DNA from: an uncultured Actinomycetes bacterium
Lineage (GTDB): Bacteria > Actinomycetota > UBA4738 > HRBIN12
Direction of reading: 5' to 3'
Assembly: GCA_963704725.1 (NCBI GenBank)
Contig: OY969934.1
Coordinates: 2,112,001 to 2,176,000 of the forward strand
Length of the DNA: 64,000 nt
Under the pieces are notes generated by a model. It made no database searches. It saw only the letters and a program-made list of their open reading frames with translations, and was not told the origin of the DNA. Of the stretch, positions 30,478 through 41,253 are shown piece by piece; position 1 is the stretch's first letter, and the number at the start of each line of letters is the position of its first letter. The position numbers and the translations under genes were made by a program.

Positions 30478-30478
<1 letters not shown>
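29921..30478 (-). CDS. pdxT: Pyridoxal 5'-phosphate synthase glutaminase subunit
   Basis: GVLALQG, PGGEST, GTCAG, RNAYGRQ, FIRAP, FHPE. Confidence 0.95.
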
Positions 30479-31365
<887 letters not shown>

Positions 31366-31473
31366 GGGTCTCCCCTCCTTCGGATCGAACGTCCTGCTCA
31401 CCGAGTGTACCGCCGCCCTCTCGAGCGGCTCACGGTCCAGTTGGACCGAGGCTCGAGCGTACGATGCCCCGAC

Positions 31474-32187
31474 GTGGGAGCGAGCGGACGGCCGGGCGCG
31501 ATCGCGCTCTACGAGCTGAAGACACGGGTCGCGGCCATGCCCGCGCTGGCGCTGCCGTTCGCCCGGGCCCGCGGCCGGGGCGAGGTGATCGATCGCGACA
31601 CCGACGTCGTGATCGAGAGCTTCCCCCGGTGCGCCTCCTCGTTCGCGGTCGCCGCCTTCCGCCTGGCGCAGGAGCCGCGCGCGACGCGGATCGCGAACCA
31701 CACGCACATGCCGGCGCAGGTGCTGCTCGCGGCCCGGCGGGGCGTGCCGGCGCTCGTGCTCACCCGCGAGCCCGAGGCCGCGGTCCTGTCCCACGTCGTC
31801 CACACGCCGAGCCTGTCGATCGCGGCCTCGCTTCGGGGATACGTGCGGTTCCACGAGCCGCTCCTTCGCGCCCGGGGCGACTTCGTGGTCGGGACCTTCG
31901 ACGAGGTCGTGCACGACTTCGGCGCCGTGATCCGCCGTCTCAACGACCGCTTCGCCACGTCGTTCCGGCCGTTCGAGCACACGGCAGCGAACCTGGAGCG
32001 GGTCAGGAGGGAGATCGAGACGGACTACCGGTCGCGGGCGCGCACGCCGGACGAGCTCGAGCGGATCCTCCCCACGCCCACGGCCGGGCGAGAAGCCCTC
32101 AAGGCGCGCCTGCGGGACGAGTATCGGCGCGCGCCGGCAGAGCTCCGGCGGCGCGCCGAGACGCTCTTCGAGCGCCTGCTCCCCTAA
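31474..32187 (+). CDS. Sulfotransferase-like P-loop protein
   Basis: [11 protein letters not shown] (5'-PSB-like) and [12 protein letters not shown] (3'-PB-like); TACGAT lies 8 nt before the GTG. Confidence 0.6.
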   Translation: MGASGRPGAIALYELKTRVAAMPALALPFARARGRGEVIDRDTDVVIESFPRCASSFAVAAFRLAQEPRATRIANHTHMPAQVLLAARRGVPALVLTREPEAAVLSHVVHTPSLSIAASLRGYVRFHEPLLRARGDFVVGTFDEVVHDFGAVIRRLNDRFATSFRPFEHTAANLERVRREIETDYRSRARTPDELERILPTPTAGREALKARLRDEYRRAPAELRRRAETLFERLLP

Positions 32188-33269
32188 CGCGAGGTCTCGA
32201 CGACCAGGTCGTCCGGGAACAGCTCGACCCAGGTCCGGCCCGGCGCGAGCGCGATCTCCTCGCCGTCCTTCGTCACGAACGTGGTCACGTCGTGGAGCGA
32301 GTCCCGGACCCACCGGCCGACGATCATCCTGCCGTCGCGGAACACGTAGGCACGACCCGAGCCCGTCAGCTCCAGCTGCGGCGTCAGGCCCCCGTGCGGA
32401 CCGATCACCTCGGGGACCATCTGCACCACGACGTTCGTCGCCGAGATCGGATCCCCGGCCTCGTCCACGTGCGGGACGTCGCCGTGGGAGCGCCGCCACT
32501 CTCCCGCCTTGCGGCTCCACGTCCAGAACACGTCCGAGTAGGTGGAGGAGAACGGCAGATGGATCGAGCTCACCCGCCGCGAGCGCCCGTCGATCTCGTC
32601 GGCGTACGCGAACACGGGGTCGGGAGCCTGCCGCCCGTCCTTCGCCACGCGGTAGAGCGCCCGGGTGTCGGCGTACAGGTTGTGCGGGGCCGCCCGGCTC
32701 TCGTCGCGGGTGAACGCGGAGCCGCCGCGCGTCTCGTCGACGGGGACGAGATCGGCGGCCTCGACCACCCGGACGACGGTGGCCGCGCCGCCCGAGTACG
32801 CGAGCACCGGCACGCCGAACTGAGAGAGCACCTTCGGGTCGGTCGGCCGCACGCTGCGCACCGGGCCGACCCGATCGACGTCGTCGCACTGGAACAGGAC
32901 GATGAAGCGGGTGATGCCGCCCTCCACCGGCTCCTCGTACACGATGTCCGCCGACTGCAGCCCCGCCTGCGGCCGTGCGTCCGGGTAGTTCTCGACCTTC
33001 ACGGCCAGCGCCGGCCGCGGGGGCACGCCGTTCGGCGCCTCCACACCGCTGAGCGGGCACGTGGGCGCCGGCTCCGCCGCGACCGGGTGATCGACGGGCA
33101 GCCCCACCTTGGACATCGCGCTGCGAACGAACGCGGGGGCCTGCTGGGGGAACGCCGCGAAGTAGGCGAGCGTCCCGCCGGCGGCGAGCGTGGCGGTGGC
33201 GGCCGCGACCAGCACCTTGGCGCGACGGGAGACGGGACGCCGACGAGCGGGCGAGTGGGAACCGGGCAT
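32184..33269 (-). CDS. DUF3048 (YerB-like) exported protein
   Basis: [47 protein letters not shown]. Confidence 0.85.
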   Translation of the reverse strand: MPGSHSPARRRPVSRRAKVLVAAATATLAAGGTLAYFAAFPQQAPAFVRSAMSKVGLPVDHPVAAEPAPTCPLSGVEAPNGVPPRPALAVKVENYPDARPQAGLQSADIVYEEPVEGGITRFIVLFQCDDVDRVGPVRSVRPTDPKVLSQFGVPVLAYSGGAATVVRVVEAADLVPVDETRGGSAFTRDESRAAPHNLYADTRALYRVAKDGRQAPDPVFAYADEIDGRSRRVSSIHLPFSSTYSDVFWTWSRKAGEWRRSHGDVPHVDEAGDPISATNVVVQMVPEVIGPHGGLTPQLELTGSGRAYVFRDGRMIVGRWVRDSLHDVTTFVTKDGEEIALAPGRTWVELFPDDLVVETSR

Positions 33270-33394
33270 GGGGGGGAACCTCCTGGAGCTGCGGGCATAT
33301 GTGGGGGCGCGCGCGGCCCCACGGGGCCGGGCCCAGCGAGCCTAGCGTCGGCGCGGGACCCGCTCAACGACCACGGCGCGATTCCCGCGCATCG

Positions 33395-34300
33395 TCACAT
33401 CTCCTGCAGGCGACGGATCCGGTCCTGGATCGGCGGGTGAGTGCTGAACAGCCGCTCCATCAACCCCGACTTCTCGCCGGGGAACCGGGAGGGCTGCTCC
33501 AGCCACAGGTGCGCCGTGGCGTTGTTCGCGGAGCGCATGGCGTGCGGCGCGTCGCGGATCTTCTCGAGCGCGGCGACCAGGCCCGGGGGGTACCGCGTGA
33601 GCAGCGCGCCCTGGGCGTCGGCCAGGTACTCGCGCTGACGAGACACCGCGAGCTGGATCAGCTGCCCGAAGATCGGCGCGAGGATCAGCAGGACGAACCC
33701 GATCGCGAACACGACCGCCTCGGCCCCGCCACCGCCGCGGTCGTTGCCACGGCGGCCGCCGAACCCTCCCCACCACAGGGAGCGGAGGAAGAACTCGGAG
33801 ATCAGGACGGTGGCCCCGATCACCGTCGCCACGATGGTCCCGTAGAGGATGTCGCGGTCGACGATGTGGGACATCTCGTGACCGATGACGCCCTCGAGCT
33901 CCACCCGGTTCATCGTGTCGAGCAGTCCCTTGGTCACGGCGATGTGCGAGTGCTCGGGGTCGCGCCCCGTCGCGAACGCGTTCGGGGCCTGCTCCGGGAC
34001 GACCCAGACGCGCGGCTTTGGGATCCCCGAGGCGATCGACAGGCCCTCGACGATGTTGTGCAGGCGCGGCTCCTGCTCGGGCGTCACCTCCTTGGCCCGG
34101 GCCGACGCGAGGACGACCCGATCGCCGTACCGGTACGCCCCGAGCTGGAGCAGCAGGGCCACCCCGACCGCGATGAGCAGCCCCACGGGGCCGGTGCCGA
34201 GCCACAGGCCGATCGCGTACCCCACCGCTCCGAGCAGGACGATGGCCAGGAACATCAACAGGAAGGTCCGGCGTCTGTTCGAGGCGATCTGCTCGTACAC
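33395..34300 (-). CDS. htpX: Zinc metalloprotease HtpX (M48)
   Basis: PNAFATG, HEMSH, SRQREYLAD, LFSTHPP. Confidence 0.92.
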   Translation of the reverse strand: MYEQIASNRRRTFLLMFLAIVLLGAVGYAIGLWLGTGPVGLLIAVGVALLLQLGAYRYGDRVVLASARAKEVTPEQEPRLHNIVEGLSIASGIPKPRVWVVPEQAPNAFATGRDPEHSHIAVTKGLLDTMNRVELEGVIGHEMSHIVDRDILYGTIVATVIGATVLISEFFLRSLWWGGFGGRRGNDRGGGGAEAVVFAIGFVLLILAPIFGQLIQLAVSRQREYLADAQGALLTRYPPGLVAALEKIRDAPHAMRSANNATAHLWLEQPSRFPGEKSGLMERLFSTHPPIQDRIRRLQEM

Positions 34301-34309
34301 GCGGATCCC

Positions 34310-34867
34310 CTAGGAGAAGTCGACCGTGGCCGGGCCGCGGGCGGGGTCGTCGATGTCGAAGAACTCGCGCGGCGTGAAACCGAACGTCTTCGCCAGGACG
34401 TTCGAGGGGAACGAGCCGATCAGTGTGTTCAGCAGCATGACCTGGTCGTTGTAGAACTGCCGCGCGTACGCGATCTTCGACTCCGTCCCGGTGAGCTCCT
34501 CCTGCAGCGCCAGGAAGTTCTGGTTCGCCTTGAGGTCGGGGTAGGCCTCGGCCACGGCGAGCAGCCGGCCCAGGCCGGCGGTGATCTGGTTCTCGGCCTG
34601 CGCCTGGTCGGGCACGGCCGTCGCACCCATGGCCCGGGTGCGGGCCTCGGTCACGTTCTCGAACACCTCGCGCTCGTGCGCCGCGTAGCCCTGGACGGTC
34701 GTCACGAGGTTCGGGATCAGGTCGTACCGCCGGCGGAGCTGGACGTCGATCTGCGACCAGCCGTTGTCGACCCGGGTCCGCAGCGAGACGAGCCGGTTGA
34801 AGACGAGGATCGCCGCGACCAGCGCGATCGCGAGGATCCCCAGGACGACCCAGACCCAGACCGGCAC
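34310..34867 (-). CDS. lemA: LemA family protein
   Basis: WSQIDVQLRRRYDLIPNLV, EAYPDLKA, RQFYN, FPS; GTG lies 7 nt after TAGTAT. Confidence 0.93.
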   Translation of the reverse strand: MPVWVWVVLGILAIALVAAILVFNRLVSLRTRVDNGWSQIDVQLRRRYDLIPNLVTTVQGYAAHEREVFENVTEARTRAMGATAVPDQAQAENQITAGLGRLLAVAEAYPDLKANQNFLALQEELTGTESKIAYARQFYNDQVMLLNTLIGSFPSNVLAKTFGFTPREFFDIDDPARGPATVDFS

Positions 34868-34877
34868 GGCCGCGATA

Positions 34878-35975
34878 CTACGCGGCGACGCGCCGGTAGA
34901 TGGCCTCGATCCGCGGCGCGACCACCTCCCACGAGTATTCCCGAGCCCGCTCGCGACCCGCCCGAACGAGCGACGAGGCCAGCTCCGGATCGCCGAGCAC
35001 CCGGCGCAGGGCCGCCGCCAGCGCGGTGGGGTCCCGCGGCGGCACGAGGAGCCCGTCGACACCGTCGCGCACCACCTCGCGGTATCCGGGGATGTCGCTC
35101 GCCACGACGGGCACGCCGGCCGCCATCGCCTCCACCAGCACGATCCCGAAGCTCTCCTGACCGACGGCCGGGGCCACGAACACGTCCGCGGCGGCGTGAT
35201 AGGCGGGGAGGTCGTCGTTCGGCACCGCCCCGAGCATCACCACGCGCGCTCGGTCCTGCTCCGAGAGCAGGCCGATCGCGTCCCGGTCCCGACCGTCGCC
35301 GGCAACCACGAGATAGACGTCGTCGAGCTCGGAGGCCAGCCGCGCGTACGCCCGGACCGCGACGGGGAACCCCTTCTGCGGGTCCAGGCGATGGGCCCAC
35401 AGGATCCGTCGGCCGTCGGGCAGCCCGCCGGCGACGGAGGCCGGGTGCGCCCAGCGCTCGACGTCGGTGCCATTCGGGACGATCTCCATCTCCGTCCGGA
35501 CGGCCCGCGCCGCGAAGCCCGCGGCCGCCTTCGACACCGCGATCGTCGCGCCGATGCGGCGGGAGACCGTCCGGAGCGCGGGCGCGGCCACCTCCATGAG
35601 CCGGGATCGCTCCGCGAAGGCGTGGAAGGTGGCGACCAGCGGCGCCGACGTGGCGAACGTGGCGAGCATCGAGGTGCTGGGCGACAGCGGCTCGTGGACG
35701 TGCACCACGTCCGGCTCGAACACGTCGATCAGCCCGCGGATCTTGCGGAACGAGCGCCGCGAGAAGCAGATCGGGGCGACCGTGCCGCCGAAGGGCACGT
35801 CCACGGCGTGCCCCACGATCCGCACGGGAGGGGGGGCCGTCAGGGTCGACCGGGCCGGCGCCACCACGAGCACCTCGTGGCCCCGGCCCTCGAGCGCCCG
35901 CGCGAGCTGGCGGATGTGCACCTGGACCCCGCCCGGCACGTCCCAGGCGTAGGGGCAGGACAGGACGACCTTCAC
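34878..35975 (-). CDS. pimA: GT4 phosphatidyl-myo-inositol mannosyltransferase (PimA-like)
   Basis: CPYAWDVPGGVQ, HVHEP..PS, ATFH, ESFGIVLVEAMA; synteny with patA/pgsA. Confidence 0.8.
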   Translation of the reverse strand: MKVVLSCPYAWDVPGGVQVHIRQLARALEGRGHEVLVVAPARSTLTAPPPVRIVGHAVDVPFGGTVAPICFSRRSFRKIRGLIDVFEPDVVHVHEPLSPSTSMLATFATSAPLVATFHAFAERSRLMEVAAPALRTVSRRIGATIAVSKAAAGFAARAVRTEMEIVPNGTDVERWAHPASVAGGLPDGRRILWAHRLDPQKGFPVAVRAYARLASELDDVYLVVAGDGRDRDAIGLLSEQDRARVVMLGAVPNDDLPAYHAAADVFVAPAVGQESFGIVLVEAMAAGVPVVASDIPGYREVVRDGVDGLLVPPRDPTALAAALRRVLGDPELASSLVRAGRERAREYSWEVVAPRIEAIYRRVAA

Positions 35976-36877
35976 GGCTCGGCCGGGGCCCAGCCCGGCT
36001 GGAACAGATGCCAGTCGGGGGGCCTGGCGGCGATGGCGCGCTCGAACTCCGCCGCCATCAACCGCGACAGCGCCGCAACGTCGGCCCTCGTGTCGCCGGT
36101 GCGCTCGCTCTCCAGGGGCGCGCCGATCTGGATCCGCCACCCCTGCGGCAGCGTGTAGACGGGACACACGAGGATCGGCGCCCCGCTCGTCAACGAGAGG
36201 AGGGCCGGACCGGCGGGGATCCGGCGGGTGGCGCCGAACATCTCGACCTCGACGCCCCGCCCCGTGAGATCGCGGTCGGCGACGAGGGCGACGATCCAGT
36301 TCTCGGACAGGAGCTGCTTCAGCTGCTGCCCCACGTGACCGTTCTTCGTGAGCGGGATGATCCGCATCCCAAGCTCCTCCCGATGGCGCAGGAAGAGCTC
36401 GGACAGGCGCGCCGGCCTGAGCTCCTCGGCCACCGAGGCGAGCGGGTAGCCGTTCGCGGCGAGGTAGTGCCCGGCCAGGTCCCAGTTCCCCATGTGCGGG
36501 AGGACGCAGATGCAGCCGCTCCCCTTCTCGAGGGCGGCATCGATGCGATCGACGTCCCGCATGTCGACGCGGGCGTTCACCACCTCGACCGGAAGGGCGC
36601 GCAGCCGGAAGGTGTCGTACCAGTAGCGGGCGTACAGGTCGAACGCCTCGCGCGCCGACAGCCCGACGCGGTCGTCGGCTGGATCGAGGCCGAGCACGCG
36701 GGCCTGGTTGGCCACGACGGTCGCCCGCACGCCGTGGAGTCGTCGATGCGCCAGACCGCCGAACGCCGAGAAGATCCGGCGGCCCAGGCGCTCGGGCAGC
36801 GACATCGCGACCGACTCGAGCGTCCGGTAGGCCCAGTACGCCGCCGTCTCCTTCGCGCTCTCGCCCCGCCGGGTCAC
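35972..36877 (-). CDS. Phosphatidylinositol mannoside acyltransferase (PatA-like)
   Basis: YARYW.DTFRL, PHMGNWD, VAE, VADRD, GPA, P.DWH.FQ. Confidence 0.85.
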   Translation of the reverse strand: MTRRGESAKETAAYWAYRTLESVAMSLPERLGRRIFSAFGGLAHRRLHGVRATVVANQARVLGLDPADDRVGLSAREAFDLYARYWYDTFRLRALPVEVVNARVDMRDVDRIDAALEKGSGCICVLPHMGNWDLAGHYLAANGYPLASVAEELRPARLSELFLRHREELGMRIIPLTKNGHVGQQLKQLLSENWIVALVADRDLTGRGVEVEMFGATRRIPAGPALLSLTSGAPILVCPVYTLPQGWRIQIGAPLESERTGDTRADVAALSRLMAAEFERAIAARPPDWHLFQPGWAPAEP

Positions 36878-37401
36878 AGCCGCTCTTCCTTCGCCACCTG
36901 GCTCGCCCGGACCACCGCGGCCAGGAGCATCAACCCCGCCACGACCCAGATGGCCCATCGCGTCCAGCCGAAGATGAGCGCGAGCGAGACCAGGCCGTAC
37001 CGGAGCACCGGCGTGACCACGCCCTCCTCGATGCCGTAGCCGAGCGAGCCGCCCCGCGCCCGGATGTAGGAGGCTACGTATCCGGCCGCCAGCGCGACGA
37101 GTGCCGCGGCCGCCACGGAGGCGTTCGCCGAGCGCGTCGTCCACGCGAGTGCAGCGAGGATGCAGCCGTCGAACGCTCGGTCGGCGAAGGACAGCACCAC
37201 CCGCGCCCTGCGGTCGTCCGAGCGCAGCAGGACCCCGCCCAGGACCAGGCATGCCCCCGCCACGAGCGCGGCCCAACCGGCCCGCTCCCGCTCCCGCTCG
37301 AGCAGCTGCCACGTCGCGAGGCCGATGCCGGCGGCCGCGAGCAGGCACAGGACGGGCACGGCGGCGCGCTCGCGAACCTGCCCCCGCACGCTCGCGTCCA
37401 T
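36874..37401 (-). CDS. Degenerate CDP-alcohol phosphatidyltransferase (PgsA/PIP-synthase-like)
   Basis: Sits in the pgsA position; keeps ADRAFD and SYIRARGGSLG but lacks the DxxDGxxAR motif. Confidence 0.65.
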   Translation of the reverse strand: MDASVRGQVRERAAVPVLCLLAAAGIGLATWQLLERERERAGWAALVAGACLVLGGVLLRSDDRRARVVLSFADRAFDGCILAALAWTTRSANASVAAAALVALAAGYVASYIRARGGSLGYGIEEGVVTPVLRYGLVSLALIFGWTRWAIWVVAGLMLLAAVVRASQVAKEERL

Positions 37402-37529
37402 ACCGCGGGCGAGCCTACCATCGGCCCCTTTCGGCCCCGCCCGAGGGGTCCGACGCGCCCGGAAGTGGGCTCCGGCCGCCGCGGTAGGATGCCCCGAACG
37501 TCCACTCGAGAACATCCGCTGGGAGACGC

Positions 37530-39620
37530 ATGAAGACCTACGAAGCGAACGAGATCCGAAACGTCCTGTTGGTCGGCCACGGCGGCGCCGGGAAGACGAC
37601 CCTGCTCGAGGCCATGCTGTTCGCCTCCGGCGCGCTGACGCGGATGGGCAAGGTCGAAGACGGCAACACGGCAAGCGACTTCGAGCCCGAGGAGACGAAG
37701 AAGGGCATCAGCGTCTCCCTGGCGATGGCCCCGGTGGAGTGGAACGGGGTCAAGATCAACGTCCTCGACGCCCCGGGCTACGCCGACTTCGTCGGCGACG
37801 TGCGCTCCGCCATCCGGGCGGTCGACGCCGTCCTGCTGGTGGTCTCGGCGGTCGACGGGGTCGAGGTCCAGACCGAGGTGGGCTGGGAGCTCGCCGTCGA
37901 GGCCGGCCTGCCGCGAGCGATCCTCATCAACAAGCTCGATCGCGAGCGGGCGTCGTTCGAGCGCACGCTGGACGAGCTCGTGCGCGCGTTCGGGACCCAG
38001 GTCGCTCCGCTCGAGCTGCCCCTGGGCGAGGAGCACGACTTCGAGGGCGTGGCCGACCTGCTCGGGCGCAAGGCCTACCGCTACGACGGGAGCGCGGCGG
38101 CCATCGAAGGCGAGTGGCCCGACGACCTCTCCGGCAAGGCCGACCCCTATCGGGAGAAGCTGATGGAGGCCGTCGCCGAGTCCGACGACACGCTGATCGA
38201 GAAGTACCTGGAGGAGGGCGAGCTCTCCGAGGACGAGGTCGTCCACGGCGTCAAGAAGGGGTTCGCCGAGGCGCGCATCGCCCCGGTGCTCTGTGCGGCG
38301 GCGGCCAGGCCGATCGGCGTGGACCGCATCCTCCAGTTCATCGCCGACGAGTTTCCCTCCCCCGCCGATCGCGGCCCGGTGGCGGTGACCACCAAGGCCG
38401 GTGAGGAGAAGCAGCGGGCCTGCGATCCCGCTCAGCCCCTCACGGCCTACGTGTTCAAGACCGTCTCCGACCCCTACGTCGGCCACATCACGATGTTCCG
38501 GGTGTTCTCGGGCAAGATGCGTCCGGATTCGACGCTCTACAACGCCACGAAGGCGACGGAGGAGCGCATCGGGCAGCTCTTCGCGCTCCGCGGCAAGGAG
38601 CACGAATCGGTCTCCGAGATCTCGGCCGGCGACATCGGCGCGGTGGCCAAGCTCGGCCACACCACCACGGGCGACACGTTCTCGACCAAGGACGATCCGG
38701 TGACGGTCGCCGCCTCCGAGATGCCCGAGCCGCTGCTCGCCTTCGCCATCACCCCGAAGACCAAGGGCGACGAGGAGAAGCTCTCGACGGCTCTGGCGCG
38801 CCTGCGCGAGGAGGATCCGACGCTGCGGATCGAGCGCTCCGACGAGACGCACGAGACCGTGATGTACGGGATGGGCGAGGCCCACCTCGACGTCCAGATC
38901 GAGCGGATGAAGCGCAAGTTCGGCGTCGAGGTCTCGACCGCGCCGGCCAAGATCGCCTACCGCGAGACGATCCGGGGGCCGGGCAAGGGCCTCGGCCGCC
39001 ACGTGAAGCAGACCGGGGGCCACGGCCAGTACGCGATCTGCAACATCGAGATCGAGCCGCTCCCCCGGGGCGAGGGGTTCGAGTTCGTCGACAAGATCTT
39101 CGGCGGCGCCATCCCCAACCAGTTCATCGCCTCGGTCGAGAAGGGCGTCGTCAAGACGATGCAGACGGGCGTGATGAGCGGGAACCCCATGGTCGACATC
39201 CGCTGCACGCTGGTGGACGGGAAGTTCCACACGGTGGACTCGTCGGACATGGCGTTCCAGCTCGCCGGCTCGCTCGCGCTCAAGGAGGCCTCGTCGGCGG
39301 CGGGCGTCGTCCTGCTCGAGCCGATCGTCGAGCTCGACGTCGTGGTCCCCGAGTCCTACACAGGCGACATCATGGGTGACCTGAACTCCAAGCGGGCCAA
39401 GATCCAGGGCATGGAGTCGGCCGGCGCGGGGAAGCAGCGTGTGAAGGCGCTCGTCCCACAGGCCGAGGTGGCCCGGTACGCCATCGATCTCCGCTCGATG
39501 ACCGGGGGCCGCGGGGCGTTCTCGATGCGCTTCTCGCACTACGAGGAGGTCCCGTCACACCTCGCCGAGAAGATCATCGCCGAGGCCCAGCGCGAGAAGG
39601 AAGAGGCCCAGAAGAAGTAG
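37530..39620 (+). CDS. fusA2: Elongation factor G-like protein (EF-G2)
   Basis: GHGGAGKTT, DAPGYADF (Tyr in place of the EF-G His), NKLD, GMGEAHL, KQTGGHGQY, VDSS, LLEP. Confidence 0.9.
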   Translation: MKTYEANEIRNVLLVGHGGAGKTTLLEAMLFASGALTRMGKVEDGNTASDFEPEETKKGISVSLAMAPVEWNGVKINVLDAPGYADFVGDVRSAIRAVDAVLLVVSAVDGVEVQTEVGWELAVEAGLPRAILINKLDRERASFERTLDELVRAFGTQVAPLELPLGEEHDFEGVADLLGRKAYRYDGSAAAIEGEWPDDLSGKADPYREKLMEAVAESDDTLIEKYLEEGELSEDEVVHGVKKGFAEARIAPVLCAAAARPIGVDRILQFIADEFPSPADRGPVAVTTKAGEEKQRACDPAQPLTAYVFKTVSDPYVGHITMFRVFSGKMRPDSTLYNATKATEERIGQLFALRGKEHESVSEISAGDIGAVAKLGHTTTGDTFSTKDDPVTVAASEMPEPLLAFAITPKTKGDEEKLSTALARLREEDPTLRIERSDETHETVMYGMGEAHLDVQIERMKRKFGVEVSTAPAKIAYRETIRGPGKGLGRHVKQTGGHGQYAICNIEIEPLPRGEGFEFVDKIFGGAIPNQFIASVEKGVVKTMQTGVMSGNPMVDIRCTLVDGKFHTVDSSDMAFQLAGSLALKEASSAAGVVLLEPIVELDVVVPESYTGDIMGDLNSKRAKIQGMESAGAGKQRVKALVPQAEVARYAIDLRSMTGGRGAFSMRFSHYEEVPSHLAEKIIAEAQREKEEAQKK

Positions 39621-39626
39621 CTCGGG

Positions 39627-40448
39627 CTACGCGAACACCTCGCGGAGGAACGCCAGCACGACGTCGTTGAACTCCGCGGGCTTGCGCATGTTCACGACAT
39701 GGTCGACGTCGGGGATCTGCACCAGCCGCGCGTTCGGGATGCGTTCGGCGAGCTCCCGTCCGAGGCGCGGCGTCCACGGCGGGTCGTGGTCCGCGGGGAG
39801 CACGAGCGTCGGCGCCGTCACCTCCTCCAGTCGCTCGATCGCCGGCGGATCGAGGGCCCGCGCCTCGCGCTCGTCCATCGTGAGCGTCTGCAGGTTGTCC
39901 ATCGCGATCTCTCGGATGCGCGAGCCAGCTGGGTCGTCGGTCCCGAGGGTCGCCCAGAACGACGCGAGCGCGAGATCCATCGCCTGCTCGAGCCGCCCGG
40001 CCGAGATCGCGGCCTCGATCGGCGCCCAACGCTCGGCGAACCACGCCTCCTCCTCCGGCGTCCCCTCGTCGGCGCCGCTCACCGCCGACGCCACGAGGAC
40101 GAGGGCGGACACGCGGTCGGGATGTGCGAGCGCGACGTCCAGGGAGGTCCCCCCTCCCATCGAGCCGCCGACGACTGCGGCGCGCTCGACGCCGGCCGCA
40201 TCCATCACGGCGAGGAGGTCGTCGACGTGCGAGTACGGACGCCCGGGCTCGGGCCTGCTCGAGCGGCCGCAGCCCCGGGCGTCGTGGCGCAGCACGCGGT
40301 AGGACCGCGAGAACGGCTCGAACTGGTCGTCCCAGGTTCGCCGGTCCCACAGCCCCGGGTGCACGAACGCGACGGCATCGCCGTCTCCGGCCACGTCGTA
40401 CTCGAGACGGGCGCCGTCGAACTCCACGACATCGGTGCGGGGGGTCAC
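39627..40448 (-). CDS. Alpha/beta-fold hydrolase with nucleophile and His intact
   Basis: HPG, DARGCGRS, GGSMGG nucleophile elbow, VDHVVN His. Confidence 0.88.
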   Translation of the reverse strand: MTPRTDVVEFDGARLEYDVAGDGDAVAFVHPGLWDRRTWDDQFEPFSRSYRVLRHDARGCGRSSRPEPGRPYSHVDDLLAVMDAAGVERAAVVGGSMGGGTSLDVALAHPDRVSALVLVASAVSGADEGTPEEEAWFAERWAPIEAAISAGRLEQAMDLALASFWATLGTDDPAGSRIREIAMDNLQTLTMDEREARALDPPAIERLEEVTAPTLVLPADHDPPWTPRLGRELAERIPNARLVQIPDVDHVVNMRKPAEFNDVVLAFLREVFA

Positions 40449-40458
40449 CCGCCGAGTC

Positions 40459-41250
40459 TCACATGCGGAACGAGAGGAAGTCGAGGAGGACCTGGTTGAA
40501 GCGATCGGGCCTGCGCACGTTCACGAGCTGGTCCGCGTCGGCGATGACGCGCTTGAGCGCGCCGGGGATCGCGGAGGCCATGAGGTCGGCGATGGCGTGC
40601 GTCTCCTTCAGGTCCTCGTCGCCGACGACGATGAGCGTCGCGGCGTCCACCTCGCGCAGGCGCATGACGGCGGGAGGTGGCGGCAGGACCAGCGAGTCGT
40701 CCATCGTGAGCACCTGGACGTTGTCCATCGCGATCTCCCGGACGGCGCCGTTCGTGGACGGATCCCGGGCCGAAAGCGGCGCCCATACGGCGAGCTCCAT
40801 CTCCATCGCGCGGAGCGGATCGCCCTCGCGAACGGCCCGGCCCACCTCGTCGAGCAGGATCTGGAGACCGGGGTCGCTCCATCGGTATCCCGACAGCGCC
40901 GGCGCGACCGCGACGATCGCGTCCGCGAGCTCCGGGTACTCCAGCGCGAAGTCCAGGGCCAGCCTGGCGCCGGTGCCGCACCCCACCACCGCGCATCGGC
41001 CGATCTCCAGGACCTCGAGGAGCCGGCGGAGGTCGTCGAGGTCCGAGTACCGGCTGACCGGCTCGTCGGAGCGGCCGTGGCCGCGGAGGTCGTAGCGGAC
41101 GACGTCGTGGTACCGGGCGAACTCGGCGAACTGGCCGTCCCAGATCCGGGCGTCCCACAGGTCCGGGTGCACGAGCACGACGGGGAAGCCCTCGCCCTCC
41201 CGCTCGTACCACAGGCGCCCGTCGCCCAGCTGCGCGGTGTTCGATCCCAC
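40459..41250 (-). CDS. Alpha/beta-fold hydrolase paralogue lacking catalytic Ser and His
   Basis: YDLRGHGRS is present; the elbow reads GCGTGA and the His position reads ADQLVN. Confidence 0.8.
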   Translation of the reverse strand: MGSNTAQLGDGRLWYEREGEGFPVVLVHPDLWDARIWDGQFAEFARYHDVVRYDLRGHGRSDEPVSRYSDLDDLRRLLEVLEIGRCAVVGCGTGARLALDFALEYPELADAIVAVAPALSGYRWSDPGLQILLDEVGRAVREGDPLRAMEMELAVWAPLSARDPSTNGAVREIAMDNVQVLTMDDSLVLPPPPAVMRLREVDAATLIVVGDEDLKETHAIADLMASAIPGALKRVIADADQLVNVRRPDRFNQVLLDFLSFRM

Positions 41251-41253
41251 GCC

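Noticed and set aside
37530-39620. Second EF-G as a novelty or resistance (TetM-like) gene
   Set aside because: It has EF-G2 features and occupies the hit-pgsA position known from other actinobacteria
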